A DNA stretch of 64,000 nt, taken from Antedon mediterranea (lineage: Eukaryota; Animalia; Echinodermata). A model generated the notes under the pieces. The model saw only the letters and a program-made list of their open reading frames with translations. It did not search any database and was not told the DNA's origin. Of the stretch, positions 1 to 11,872 are shown piece by piece; position 1 is the first letter of the stretch; every line of letters begins with the position of its first letter. The stretch covers positions 32,237,648-32,301,647 of the forward strand of contig NC_092673.1 of NCBI RefSeq assembly GCF_964355755.1. The letters are read 5' to 3'. The translations under genes were made by a program, and so were the position numbers.

Positions 1-59
1 AGTTTAGATTCATCCAGGGCCGACTATACTAAGTTTTGTTGTCATTACTATTGCTTTAC

Positions 60-3000
60 CTTTCAATCAATTTGACATCATCTGTCTTGGTCCAGGGGTC
101 TTTTTCCAAGATTGTTTCCCCATGAGTTAGACCACTCAGGATTGCCAACCTAAAACATAGAAAATAAATAAATATTGAACTTCATATCCTGTGTTGTTTC
201 ATTTACAATGTTTTTTTGGACATCATTTTTTATGACAACTCACCATTGATGCCTACACTGCTTAGCCTCTCTTGTCGGCACTTTTTTCTGCACCTTCTCC
301 CATGGGATGTTATAATACCATGCCTCAGACCCCAAGTCCCCTGATACAAGTTCTAGAACTGCCTCTGTCAACTGCCTACACTCATTTTTTGTCCAGACAC
401 CAAGAGCTGAAATATGTAAATGCATGTACAAATTTGAGATAATAGGAAAAAAAATGGCGATGTAATGATAGTGTGACATAGATGGCGCTGTTAACATGAT
501 GTTAATCAACGATGGTGGTGATAAAGATAATCTAGTTGAAAATGTATTCAACTGTTTGTAGTAATGGTATTTGATTTAAATTGCTAAAAAATCTCAATTT
601 ATTACTTTTATTAGCAGCGATGCCAAACCGAAAGCAATTGATGACTGAATTTTCTGCCCTGTCAATCAAACGACCTATTTTTGTCCACTTGCTTCCATAT
701 TTGGCATGTAGGCGTGCAACTGCTTTTACTTCCTCACTGGTATACCTTGAAGAGAAAGAAAATGGCCAAGTGTAGTGTGTTTTAATTCATAGTAAATGAC
801 TCTGAATGAGTTAAGTTCTTCCTGAATATAAGTAATTCTGATAATGGTAAAGTCTTGATAAGATAACAACTTAGAAGGGAAGTCTAGTGTACACACATGG
901 CTTGTAAGCACTTCAAAGAATGCAGTTATCTTTCACGATGAGTAGGGAGTTACCACGGTATTCTGGTTCAACTCAACCCATAGTTGTTATGCACTTGTCA
1001 ATTGTATAACCCACTATACGACCTCTGGGCGAGGTGCATCATGAATTCGAATAAAGAAATGAAATACAAATAATTATTGATGCAGAGGTGCGTCACATCA
1101 ATGAACAATGGTGTGTCAATGTTTGTCACTTTATCATCCACCACATCATGAACAACATGGTCACAGTGCATCAAAATGGATGCGTCATAGTCACCTAAAT
1201 GTTCGTAAATTTTTTTTATGCAATGGGTGTCATAGTGGTATTCATAAGGTACGACACACATTGGACAAATGACGCACCTCTCCCGCCGGGGGTCGTATAG
1301 TGCATTACAGCTGTATAGTATCATTAGGAAGACAGCTTTGAACATGACAAATGAGAAATAAGAATATTTCTGAAATTGTTATACTGTAATTATATTTTGG
1401 GATCCACTTTGTATGTGCAAATGATAACCTTCAAAACCTTTACTTACCTTCCCTTATAGTTGTTTTTATCAAAAATTTTTCTGCAACGATAGTAAACATT
1501 TAGGAGTGGCCGATCTATACCGTTACCTAGACAAAACAATATAATATTAAATGAATTGAAAGGCAAACAATTACTGCACAAATTACAACGCTGTTTACCA
1601 GGTAGGCCTACTAAGTCCAAATAATAAGCTAGCTACTTTGGTAGTGCATTGTTTTTCTCTTTTTAATACCAAGAAATGACCTGCTTTAATGTTTTTAAAG
1701 TATGCATTATTTTTTACAAAATGTCGAAAATTGCAGGGAAAATGTATTTAAAGGTACGCACCTAATTTATGATACATTTCTTTTTCTCTGGTGAGATGCG
1801 AGTAATTACCCTCTTCTTCATACAGCTTTGGAAATATTAATTTATCACAATCATAAACTTCAACTTCCTGCAAAAGAGAATTGGGTTAAAATACTGGTTG
1901 CATTGTTAATAGCTTCATGAGCAAATCTCACTCACTAAAACTGTGCACTGTAGTTTTTATTACAATTTGTCATTAGAGTGTGAATGACGCCTTACAGTAG
2001 ATATCTTTACCTGACAGAAGTTGCTCATATTAATTTTAAGAATTTCATCCTCCCATTTCTTCCACATCCCCTTCATTACTTTCATTCCTAGGTTAAAAAA
2101 AAACAATGGAAAAGAAATGAATAACCATTTGATCCATATTACTAAACGACAAACACAAACAGCTTGAAACAAAATGAGACATAAAACTGTTCTTATAGTG
2201 CAAGATACCTAATATTGATATATTATAACTAAAATGCCTATTGCTAATAATGTCTATAATTTATAGGATAGAGACTATAAAGTTTTTTTTTAAAATGTAT
2301 TTTTGTTCTGTATCTGAAAGAGAGCTGCAATGTATATTAATAATAATATATTATAACAGTATTAAGCCCTGCCCTACTCTATCAAACAAATGTGATGTGC
2401 CCATATATGGACACAATGACATCAGATCACTACCATATTTGAGCATATCACTACCATATTTGGGCACACCACATATTTTTTGTCAAACTAGTTTGATAGT
2501 GTAGAGCTTTTGCAAAACAAATAAGATGATAAGAATGACATTTTTGTGGAAAATAAAATATTGTACATACTGTACTGTAATAATCAGAAAATCAATTAAG
2601 ATCAGATAGTGAATAAGTATAAATTAGTTTTAATTAAATTAAATTCTTTTATATTATTAATTAAGTTTTCTTATTGATAACATGTGCAATAATTTTAATA
2701 ATGCCTCTTATTTGTATTAAGGTAATATAAACAAAATGTATTACCCATTGCTCGAAGTTTGTTGACTTGTTCTCTTGATGTGGGTGTCATACCAAAATCA
2801 TGCAATTTGGCTGATGGAAACGTTTCAAAACCTTTTTCAAGAAATAGATCCAAAGACAATTTCGCATAACCTGTGAAATTATCAGTAGAGTTGCCAATTG
2901 AGGAATGATTATTTGTTTGTTCATTATCAGAAACTTTCTTGAATTTTGTCCTTTTCTTTTGAGAAAGCGAAATGTCTTCAACATCTTTCCTTTTCTTTCT

Positions 3001-4287
3001 TTTTTTCCTTGGCAAAGTTTTATCTGAACTATCTGTGAAGATTTCTTTTGAATGACCCTCGTCAGACAGAGTATGAATGTTAGGATCATCAACTGGGTTC
3101 AACGAATCTTCTTGTCTATCGTCTTTATCTAGGCTGTGTTTCTTTTTTCTCTTCTTCTTCTTTGAAGAAAGAGACATCTCTTCTTTCACTTCTCTTTGTA
3201 TTGTATTGTTACTAGAGTGGACCTGCCTTGAACTCTCTCCAGTCTGATTATGATTGTCAGAATCATCAAATGAGGTGAAGGAATCTTCACATCTTTCATC
3301 TAAGTTGTGCTTCTTCTTTTTCTTCTTTGGTGAAAGAGAAATCTCTTTTGTATCATTGCTAGAGTGGACCTGCCTTGAACTCTCTCCAGTCTGATTATGA
3401 TTGGCAGAATCATCAATTGAGGTAAAAGAATCTTCACATCTATCATCTAAGTTGTGCTTCTTCTTTTTCTTCTTCTTTGGTGAAAGAGAAATCTCTTTTG
3501 TATTATTACTAGAGTGGACCTGCCTTGAACTCTCTGCAGTCTGTGTATGATTGTCAGAATTATCAACTGCCAAGGAATCTTCACTTTTACCATCTAAGTT
3601 GTGCTTCTTCTTCATTGGTGAAAGAGAAATCTCTTTTGTATTATTGCTAGAGTGGACCTGCCTTGAACTCACTCCAGTCTGAGTATGAATGTCAGAATCA
3701 TCAACTGCCAAGGAATCTTCACATCTATCATTGTGCTTCTTTTTCTTCTTCTTTGGTGAAAGAGAAATCTCTTTTGTATCATTGCTAGAGTGGACCTGTC
3801 TTGAACTCACTCCAGTCTGAGTATGAATGTCAGAATCATCATCAACTGAGGTGAAGGAATCTTCACATCTATCATCTAAGTTGTGCTTCTTCTTTTTCTT
3901 TTCTCTCTTTGGTGAAAAAGAAAACTCTTCTTCCTTTTGTCTTTCCATCTCTAAATTAGTTGGAGATCCAATGTTATCTTTAATGGTCTCTTTTGCATGC
4001 TTTTGCTTTGATCTATCTTCTTTAGTATTAGTGGAATGGTCAGAATCATTAACTAAGTGACTGTGCTTCTTTTTCTTTTTTCTTTTGAGTGAAACACAGT
4101 GAGAGTCAATAACAAGTTCATTGGAGTCAAAGTCATCAATATTTTCTAATCTGTCACTAGGAGACCTTTTCTTGTGTTTTTCCTTAGTCTTACTTTCTTC
4201 AACACTTTCATCAACATACTCTTTTGTAACTGCATTGTCTACTGTTTTATTGTTGCTTCTTTTCTTTTTCTTCTTTAAGTCTCCCAT
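60..4287 (-). CDS. TTF1: Transcription termination factor 1-like (Myb/SANT domains), 3' end outside window
   Basis: Exons (minus strand) 4287-2745, 2087-2011, 1867-1762, 1526-1448, 745-606, 406-244, 149-60; all GT-AG and in phase. Peptides [50 protein letters not shown] and IPWEKVQKKVPTREAKQCRHQW resemble TTF1/DMTF1 Myb repeats. Long Lys/Ser/Asp-rich N-terminus as in TTF1. Confidence 0.85.
1590..1752. mobile_element. Diverged partial copy of the Kolobok-like MITE seen at 29582 and 30890
   Basis: tgtttaccag..taggcctac..agctactttggtagtgcattgttt..ttaatgtttttaaagt..aaaattgcagggaa aligns with 31288-31508. Confidence 0.6.
2365..2508. mobile_element. Harbinger/Tourist-like MITE family A (diverged copy)
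   Basis: AGC...GCT termini, internal tcactaccatatttgg repeats, aaactagtttgatagtgtag. Confidence 0.7.
3140..3920 (-). repeat. Coding tandem repeat (~45-50 aa, 5 copies plus a diverged one) in TTF1 N-terminus
   Basis: Repeated KKKKKHNLDDRCEDS...QTGxSSRQVHSSNxTKEISLSP in the ORF translation. Confidence 0.9.
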
Positions 4288-4584
4288 CTTTATGGTAATA
4301 TCATATTTTCCAATAGGCCTATTAAATGCAATAAAAGAATACTATCATGTTGTAACGTATAAGTGGCATCCATATTTGTATTTTAAAATGTACAGTTTTT
4401 GTATGCATATAATCAAACCACTATATGTATAAAGGTTAAAAGAGTAAAAATCAGAAAATAACGAAAAAAGTAGAAAACGGAAATTTAATGTATGAAAATG
4501 AAATGTGAACGAAATATGTATGAAAGAATGAATAAAGGTGGTGGTTAACCACAAAAGAGAAAAAAAAAGGATACTATCACATCA

Positions 4585-5617
4585 CAAACCACGAAACCTA
4601 AGACCCCCTAAGATCACGAAAGCTAAGACCCAAGACCTAAGATTACAAATTCTAAGATATACTACAGCTTAAAAACAATACTTGTTTATCCATACATAAT
4701 TTTAAACACAGTAGATTTCATTTATTACCATAAATATAATTTAATACTACCGGATACCGCAAAACATAGATAAACTCACATTATTTTCGCCCGTTGAGTA
4801 AATGTATATTTTTTCTTTACAACAAACAAACTTGACAGGTTGTTTGTTGGTATATATTTACTCCAATGTGTTGGTTCAGAGGATGTTTTTCTTACGCACC
4901 TGCCTTTCTTGTATTTTGACTCCAAATTTGTTGACTAACTTTATCCTGAATACCACACTTTAAAATTAGGACTTATAAGTACTTTCAGAAGGAGAAACAA
5001 TAATAACAAATAAATAAATCCTTTCCCATCCTGATTTTAAAGACGTGTTTCTTTGTATACTGTAATGTAATTCCTCGAGCTCCCCATGCTCAATGTTTTT
5101 GTTTCTATGGAGCGCCAAAAGAGCAACAATAATAGTACAAGTATAAAAACAGAAAGAAAACGAAACAAAACAAATTTATTTACTTTAAAAAAGTTAAAAT
5201 TTATTTGCCAGCATTTAGTTCTTCGTACTTGCATGATTATACTATTATCATTACAATTTTAATTTTACATTGTTCCATCCACACTGTAGATGGACTCCAC
5301 AGAGTTTTCAGCCCTCTATATAATTTTTGCTCTTTTGACGCATAGAAACAAAAACATTGAACATGGGGTAAGCCTACTTCTAGTGTGCTGTAGGCTAGTC
5401 ATTTTGTGTGCGAGAAAAACGTCTGTAAAATCATCAATTTAAAAATGTATTTGTTACTTTTTATGTGATTCTTTTTCATGAAAGTGCCAATTCTAAGGTG
5501 TGGTATTCAGAATAAATGTTGGGAGTTAAAATACAAGGCAGGTGCGAAAGATAAATATTTGTAACCTTGTCCTTGGGTCTTACTTAGCTTTCATGATCTT
5601 AGGTTTCGTGACACCCC
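4585..5617. mobile_element. Degenerate inverted-repeat (MITE/foldback) element in TTF1 5' intron
   Basis: 4590-4655 (cacgaaacctaaga..tcacgaaagctaag) is inverted at 5556-5612; 4890-4975 (cgcacctgcct..tgaataccacac) is inverted at 5482-5553. Confidence 0.65.
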
Positions 5618-6192
5618 ATCACAATTATTGTCATACTTTACAGACTAGGCCTACTAAGCATTTAAACCAAACTTTTGGATTCAGAAAGTAGACATACATT
5701 ATACTATATAGACTAAACTAATGTAGTAATGAATTTATGTAAGCCTACATAAGACAATAATTCAGTCAACAAGAAGTAGACCATAATGTACAAGATTTCT
5801 GATTGTTGAAAAGTTATTTCTTTCTTCCGAGTTCTCTTGTAAAAAAAGTTCCCTATTTAATTTAAATATTATTTAATAATTATTTCTGAAACACTTTAAA
5901 AGAGAATATATTATATTATTATACTGTAGTAGGTACAGTACACTTAATTACACGGCGGTATGGATTTGAGATAGGCCTGCCTAAACCATGGAGTAAAACT
6001 CCATGACCTAACCTAGCTAGGCCCCAGAGGATTATCTCCAATAATCTTCATAACGCTGTTACTGGCAGTGTATGGACTATGATCCACATACACACAGACA
6101 GATAGGCCTAGATATAGAGAGCCTACCTAGTAGGCTTACTTAGACTCTAATAAGTAAACCCTTTCTCAAAAACGTACGGGGTTGAGAATTAC

Positions 6193-6320
6193 CTTGTCTT
6201 GGCTGTTCGAAACGTATTACTATCTGATTATGCTTAATAGTAATTTAAAACAACAAAACATTGATTATTCGGCACCAATCTGGCTACGAAGCTCAGTTGC
6301 AACCACGTACACCACGTGGA
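6193..6320 (-). promoter_or_regulatory. Putative non-coding first exon/promoter of the TTF1-like gene
   Basis: AAG|GTAATT donor on the minus strand at 6193/6192; an acceptor at 4319-4320 lies upstream of the ATG at 4287; CACGTG at ~6313. The upstream boundary is uncertain. Confidence 0.35.
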
Positions 6321-6345
6321 AAACGTTTTGTGTATTATCAAAGAT

Positions 6346-7060
6346 ATAGTCCATGGGATTTAGCTAAAAAATTACCCTTTTCTCAGACAAATTGCAAGAA
6401 AAGGTTTTTTTGATGAAATTTATCAACGTTAGGACATTTTTCGAATTTGCATAATTAAAAATGGCCGCCATTTTTAATAACGTACTCTGTATCTTGGAAA
6501 CCGCTAGTCACAGATACTTAATTATGGTGTCAAAATCGTTAAAATATATGTTTTTATATTCACTTTATTGAAAAAGTTTGTCCAAAAATGAATGGAAGTG
6601 CTATTTCTAACATTATTGACCTTTGACCTTGAGTTATCATATCTTAGCAACCACTAATAGGAGAGACACAAAATATGGCTCAAAATGTTCAGAAACTACA
6701 CATTTATATTTAGTCTAATGGCATGTTTTTGCAAAAAATGGCCGATTCTAACATTATTGACCTTTGAACTTTACACTACATAAAATCGCATAACTTTGAA
6801 AATATTGTACATATGAAATTATTTTTAGTGTCAAATTGTTCAGAACATACATGTTTCTATAGAGTCCAATGACACATTTTGTCCAATAATGGCCTATTGT
6901 ATGGTTATTAACATTTGAACTATATTTGAAAAGGATTTAAACCCGGAATCTTCTTCATGTAGTTAGGCATTCATTAGAACATGTAATTTGGCACTACCGT
7001 ACTTGTTGTTTAGAATATGGTGGTAATTTAAAGTGCATGTAACCAGTTGATTTATTAGTT
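6346..7060. mobile_element. Fragment of an Academ-like/foldback arm
   Basis: Shares aaaatggccgcc, tgacctttgacc and aaatgttcagaa modules with elements 7724-14020 and 8197-11872; no matching second end found. Confidence 0.5.
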
Positions 7061-7099
7061 ACTGAAAATATTCACTTTTAAAAAAAATATTAGACTAAA

Positions 7100-7299
7100 A
7101 GGTGCCATTTATCATGGATTTTGCGTGCGAGAGTGCCATTTCCGGCCATCTAAGTGTGTCCTGTAACAAAATTCGCTTCGCCACAACCCCCACCATGGGG
7201 GGAGGGGGGCTGTGGCTCAAATACTCAATATCTGATGTGCCCTTTTTATCGGCGGACCCCCCCCCCCCCCCCTCTCAAAAATGTCTGGATCCGCCCCAG
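7100..7299. mobile_element. End of a GGGGCGGATCCAG-terminated non-autonomous DNA transposon (hAT-like)
   Basis: Poly-C followed by ..aaaatgtctggatccgcccc; lies directly at the start of the RARS2 duplicate. Confidence 0.45.
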
Positions 7300-7723
7300 G
7301 ACCTTGCAGAGGTAAGGGACAATACAGTGCAAACACTGTACGTGTTACAGCAGCATATGTTTTCTATTATGAAATAACCTAAATAAATATTATACGATTT
7401 TGAAATTAAAGACTTCGTGATCATTGTTTCCATAAACATGATTTTTCTATAATTTTCTTTTACAGGCTAGGTTAGGTTGCTCCTCTTCAACCATTCTCAG
7501 GACATTCTTAGTACCGGTATGAAAGTACTCGGTTTAAAACCACTCAACAAGATGTAGCAATATACCATACAACCAACCAGAGACATACAGTATATAGATA
7601 ATATATATCTCTTATTCAACCAACCATGGAGGTATAACTCCATTAACAACCAACATTATTTTACTTACACGATGTTAGTGCTTAACTATGTAATTATGGA
7701 AATAGTTATTGAAATATGCTTAT
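7300..7723 (+). pseudogene. RARS2: Duplicated RARS2 3' end, part 1 (end of penultimate exon, last intron, last exon with +5-bp frameshift, 3' UTR)
   Basis: Near-identical to 28710-29122; last-exon copy 7466-7557 reads gctaggttaggttg versus gctaggttg in the source. Confidence 0.92.
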
Positions 7724-8196
7724 TACTCTAGTAGCTAGATTAACTTTCGTATGCACTTTGAGGTCCAGAGAATTTGACTTCAGAAATTGGTTTAGGGTGG
7801 TCAAACAATCATATTTGGCTTGGTTACACATTTTGAAAATGACCGGAAATGCCATTTATGACCTTTGACCCACAACCCAGGGCATGTATGTATCTCCGTA
7901 ACTACTGGTCGTAGACACTTGATTTTTGTTTTAAATTGTTCGAAATATATGTTTTGTTATTTGTTACACATTTTGAAAAATGTTACAAAAGGTCAAAGGG
8001 TCAAGGTCAAGGGTTATTTGAACAAATAAAAAAAGGTACTTGTATCTCGGCAACCACTGGTTGCAGCACGTCAATGTTGGTCTCAAAATGTTCAGAAGGC
8101 ATGCATTTCTATTCCATCTAATGGGGCATTTTAGTCAAAAATGATCAGAAATGCCATTTCTGACCTTTGACCCACATACCAGGGCATCTTCATATC

Positions 8197-11100
8197 TAGT
8201 ATAGGCTGGTATGTCGTTTATATGAATGTCGTGTATATTTTTTGTTAAAAGCAAACTTTGACTTTATTTCATATCTTGATAATATAAGGAATGAAAAAAA
8301 ATATGTTGCCATTTTTTCAAAAGACATTTAAAGGACCAAATTCAAGATGGCCGCCAACATTCAAATAACCCTATTAAAAATCAGAATATCATCAATAATA
8401 CAAATTATAAATGTGGAACAAGTCCGTTTTGATGGTATTACTGTACCCATTATACAATCCTAACTATGTAAAGCGATAATCTGTCGGCCATCTTGGATTT
8501 CAAAATGGCCGCCACTAAAAATTAAATTCTTTAAATAATTTTTTTTAAATATGTGTGCATAAATTGTTGTTTGTACACAATGTTCTAAAATTGTCACTTC
8601 TCACAGGATTGTAAATTGTAAATATAAGGCTAAAGTTGTCAATGTCCTCTATAACAGATATATAATACCCCACTATGACTATAAAATTAAATAATCGTTC
8701 AAAGTTGGAGTTGCAAAAGTATGGAACAAATTAACAATTTATATCAAATATTCAACAACAATTACGTCTAACTAGAGGGTTAGACATCTAGTTCGCTCGC
8801 TCCCCTCTAGGAAGTGTAAACTAAGGTTCTCGGAAGGATAATGACTCGGGTAAAAAGGTTTTAGAAGGACGTTCTCCTTGTACGTTTTCTGTCGGTTACC
8901 ATTATTGAAAATGCTTGACATTCGAAAAACTAAACCTACTCTGTTTCACAGTGTCTTAGATGATTAATAACATTTTAAAGTATAGTGTTTATTGTTTTAT
9001 AGGGATGTGGGGAGGCAGAGTTCATTTGAGGGAGTTGCTTATTCGAGGGATTTTTTAGTCTTAATAATATCGTAACATTTATAATCAAATAAAATCCTCT
9101 AATAGATATGAAAAGTGGTAAAAAATTATAACAAATGCTTGGTAAATTATAGTTAACAGTGTAATGAATTCTATTATAAATAGTATATACAATATTGTGT
9201 GTATAATTAATGTGGATGGGCGTTTATTAGATAGTTGGGTAGGTGGGGGGAGGGGGTGTAGGCGATTATTATTCAAAGTGTTTTATTGGGGAGGCGTTTA
9301 TTCAAATAAATACCATCATAATACATTATTTAATTTAAACATCTTTTGAAACTAACTTCCGCGACAGTGTAGGCCGTTTCGGCCCAAGAAGGAAGATGTT
9401 TTAGACGGCTTGCAATATGGGCCCTAATGGGACACAGATAGCCTACAGTTATTCCTGCCAGCTTACTCAATAAAACTCGGCTATCGGGATTTTATATTTT
9501 AACTACTGTACCTTCACACGCGTGGTTCAATCCGAAAATAAACAAAAAACTAAAATAGCTAATAGCCACTAACGACCAACTTTACTGAAACCAGGTAGTT
9601 GCAAGGTGAACCTGTGAACTCATCGTGAACCCGGAAATTACTTTGACCGCGTACAATTGAAATTGAGTTGAAAATCTACCGATGAATCAGAAATTTTGTT
9701 TTAAAACTCTTTATAATATATTCCTAAGATAGAAATATGGAACAATATCGTAATAGTGAAAACTGTTTTACATTTCGCGGTACACCTGAGATAGTTCAGG
9801 TAGGTATCCAAGGCAGAAATTTGTTCCAAAGTTTTTCCATTGTGCTCGCCTATGTCAGAATTAACCATAATTTATATATAGATTCTAAATTACAGATCTC
9901 ATTTCTTTTCATGAAACTGAAACTGAAACAGTTGACAGGAGACAGGACCACAATATAAAACAAGTGCATTTATACCTTATTGTGAAATCCTGTATAAATA
10001 TGTTAAATAATAAATGCGTTATTGCTATGTAATTCAATGTCTGAACCTTCAGAGCCATAGTCACCAGTATGGTTGGTAAGTTTCAACCTATCAACTTTTG
10101 GCAGAAGCTTGAAGGAAATACAGATAAAGCTCTGCCTATAAATAACCTTGTAAATGAATGAACTCCTACTTCTCATCTTCTACAATCTCAACCAATTTCA
10201 TTAGATATGTACCCCCTACAGACAGACCAACATTATACACTGGGTTGATGAGTGCACATGGTTGTGGTATAAAAACCCATGTACTAGGGAAAGACAAGAA
10301 TGCCTGGTGATGACTCTTACCCGAGATGAGTGGAGGTGGACAGAGATGACATCAAAAAGCAATTATTATGTCGACCCGGTGAACTATATGGCTTTTGGTT
10401 GGACATGTAGCATTGTGAAAATAGTGTTGAGGCAAGTGCTTTTGTTGAAACTGAACTTGTATTACCTATACAACTAGTGACACAAATCGGGACAAAAATA
10501 TCTTAAATGGAAAACATCTGTAAAGGACAAAAGAACACTAATTCTGCTTTCTCTCTACAACTTGCTTCTACAAATGCAGACGGAGAAAGAGATTCTAAGT
10601 TAAGTATCATTTTGTTTGAAAGAGGCTGATCATAAAGATATTAACTTGAATACAGAGAGTCGACGAAATCTAAATGATGTGGTTAAACTATATCCCTATA
10701 TACAGTATGGTATGTATATGAGAGGACATGTATGTGTGAGACTTGCTGGATTTACATCAATTGATCAGGGTCATTGAGCGTGGTATCATTGGAATAACAC
10801 AAATTAATGATTTCATCAGAGCTGGCAAATTTAGTTTACATTTAAAGAGAGATGATATCCCGATTAATGAAGAATGCTGCAATTCGCACAAAGGTGTTTG
10901 TTATCCATGGCATGATGAAATTGGACAGAAAATGTTTGAGGCATTGGTAAAAGTCTTGTAGAAGGCAAACTGTCTATAAAACGACGAATATTGGCAAAAA
11001 ATATATATGACGGTGAATACAGGTGACAAACTTATCAAAGTAAAAGAAGACTCCTATAGAGATTATTTGCCGGTGAAATGAGGTATTTTACAGTTATTTT

Positions 11101-11872
11101 GCCAATTTGTTTCTGAACAAGGTCTGTGGAAGTTTGATGGATACAGCAGTAGAGAACGAAGGAAGGTCAACTTACTGTATCGCATCCAAGATTAGAAATA
11201 TTTCATTGAAGGACTTTGGCAGAGTTAGTTGTCATTTAACTGAAGAAGTTTATGAGATGTTTTAATATGAAGAAGTGTACTGTCAGTACTGTAGACCTCC
11301 TGATGGTCAACATTTTGTGTTAATCACCATGTTGTTGTCATAAGCATATCATTTTGTATATTTCAATCTAATTTTATTTAACTTATACAAGTTTTAATAA
11401 GAAATTTAACCCATTTAAAAAAAATTGCGGCCATTTTAAAATTCAAAATGGCCGCCATTTTGTGTTAATCACCAATGTTGTTGTCATAGGCCTATCATTT
11501 TATGTGATTTCAATCAACGTCATAACTTGCACATGTTTTAATAAGAAATTTAATCAATTTTTTAAAAATGGCGGCCATTTTGAAATTCAAAATGTCAGAA
11601 TACTAATGAATATAGGTTTATAATAATTCTTATATAGCAGAGAACCCATATGAACTTAAAATATTATTCATAATGGGTGTTACTTTGTCCAATATGGTAC
11701 ATTTATTGGATATTTTACATATTGGCGGCCATCTTGGATTTGACACCCTTAAGCTTTTTAAAAAAAATGGCAACATATTTTTTTCATTACTTTACATCCT
11801 AAAGACACTAAATCAGCTGGAATTTTGCTTTTAACAAAAAAATGACACGAAATTACATACTGGCCTACACTA
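8197..11872. mobile_element. Nested Academ-like element (TAG...CTA termini, 3-bp TSD ATC)
   Basis: TAGTATAGGCTGGTATGT... versus ...ACATACTGGCCTACACTA; diverged TIRs of a few hundred bp; ATC at 8194-8196 and 11873-11875. The opposite arm of the host (~13370-13410) shows the uninterrupted site. Confidence 0.85.
9737..11270 (+). pseudogene. Decayed coding sequence of unknown function inside the nested element
   Basis: Collinear ORF fragments (9737-9800 with a CAG|GT donor, ~10052-10250, 10262-10477, 10743-11270) broken by stops and frameshifts; no family recognised. Confidence 0.45.
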
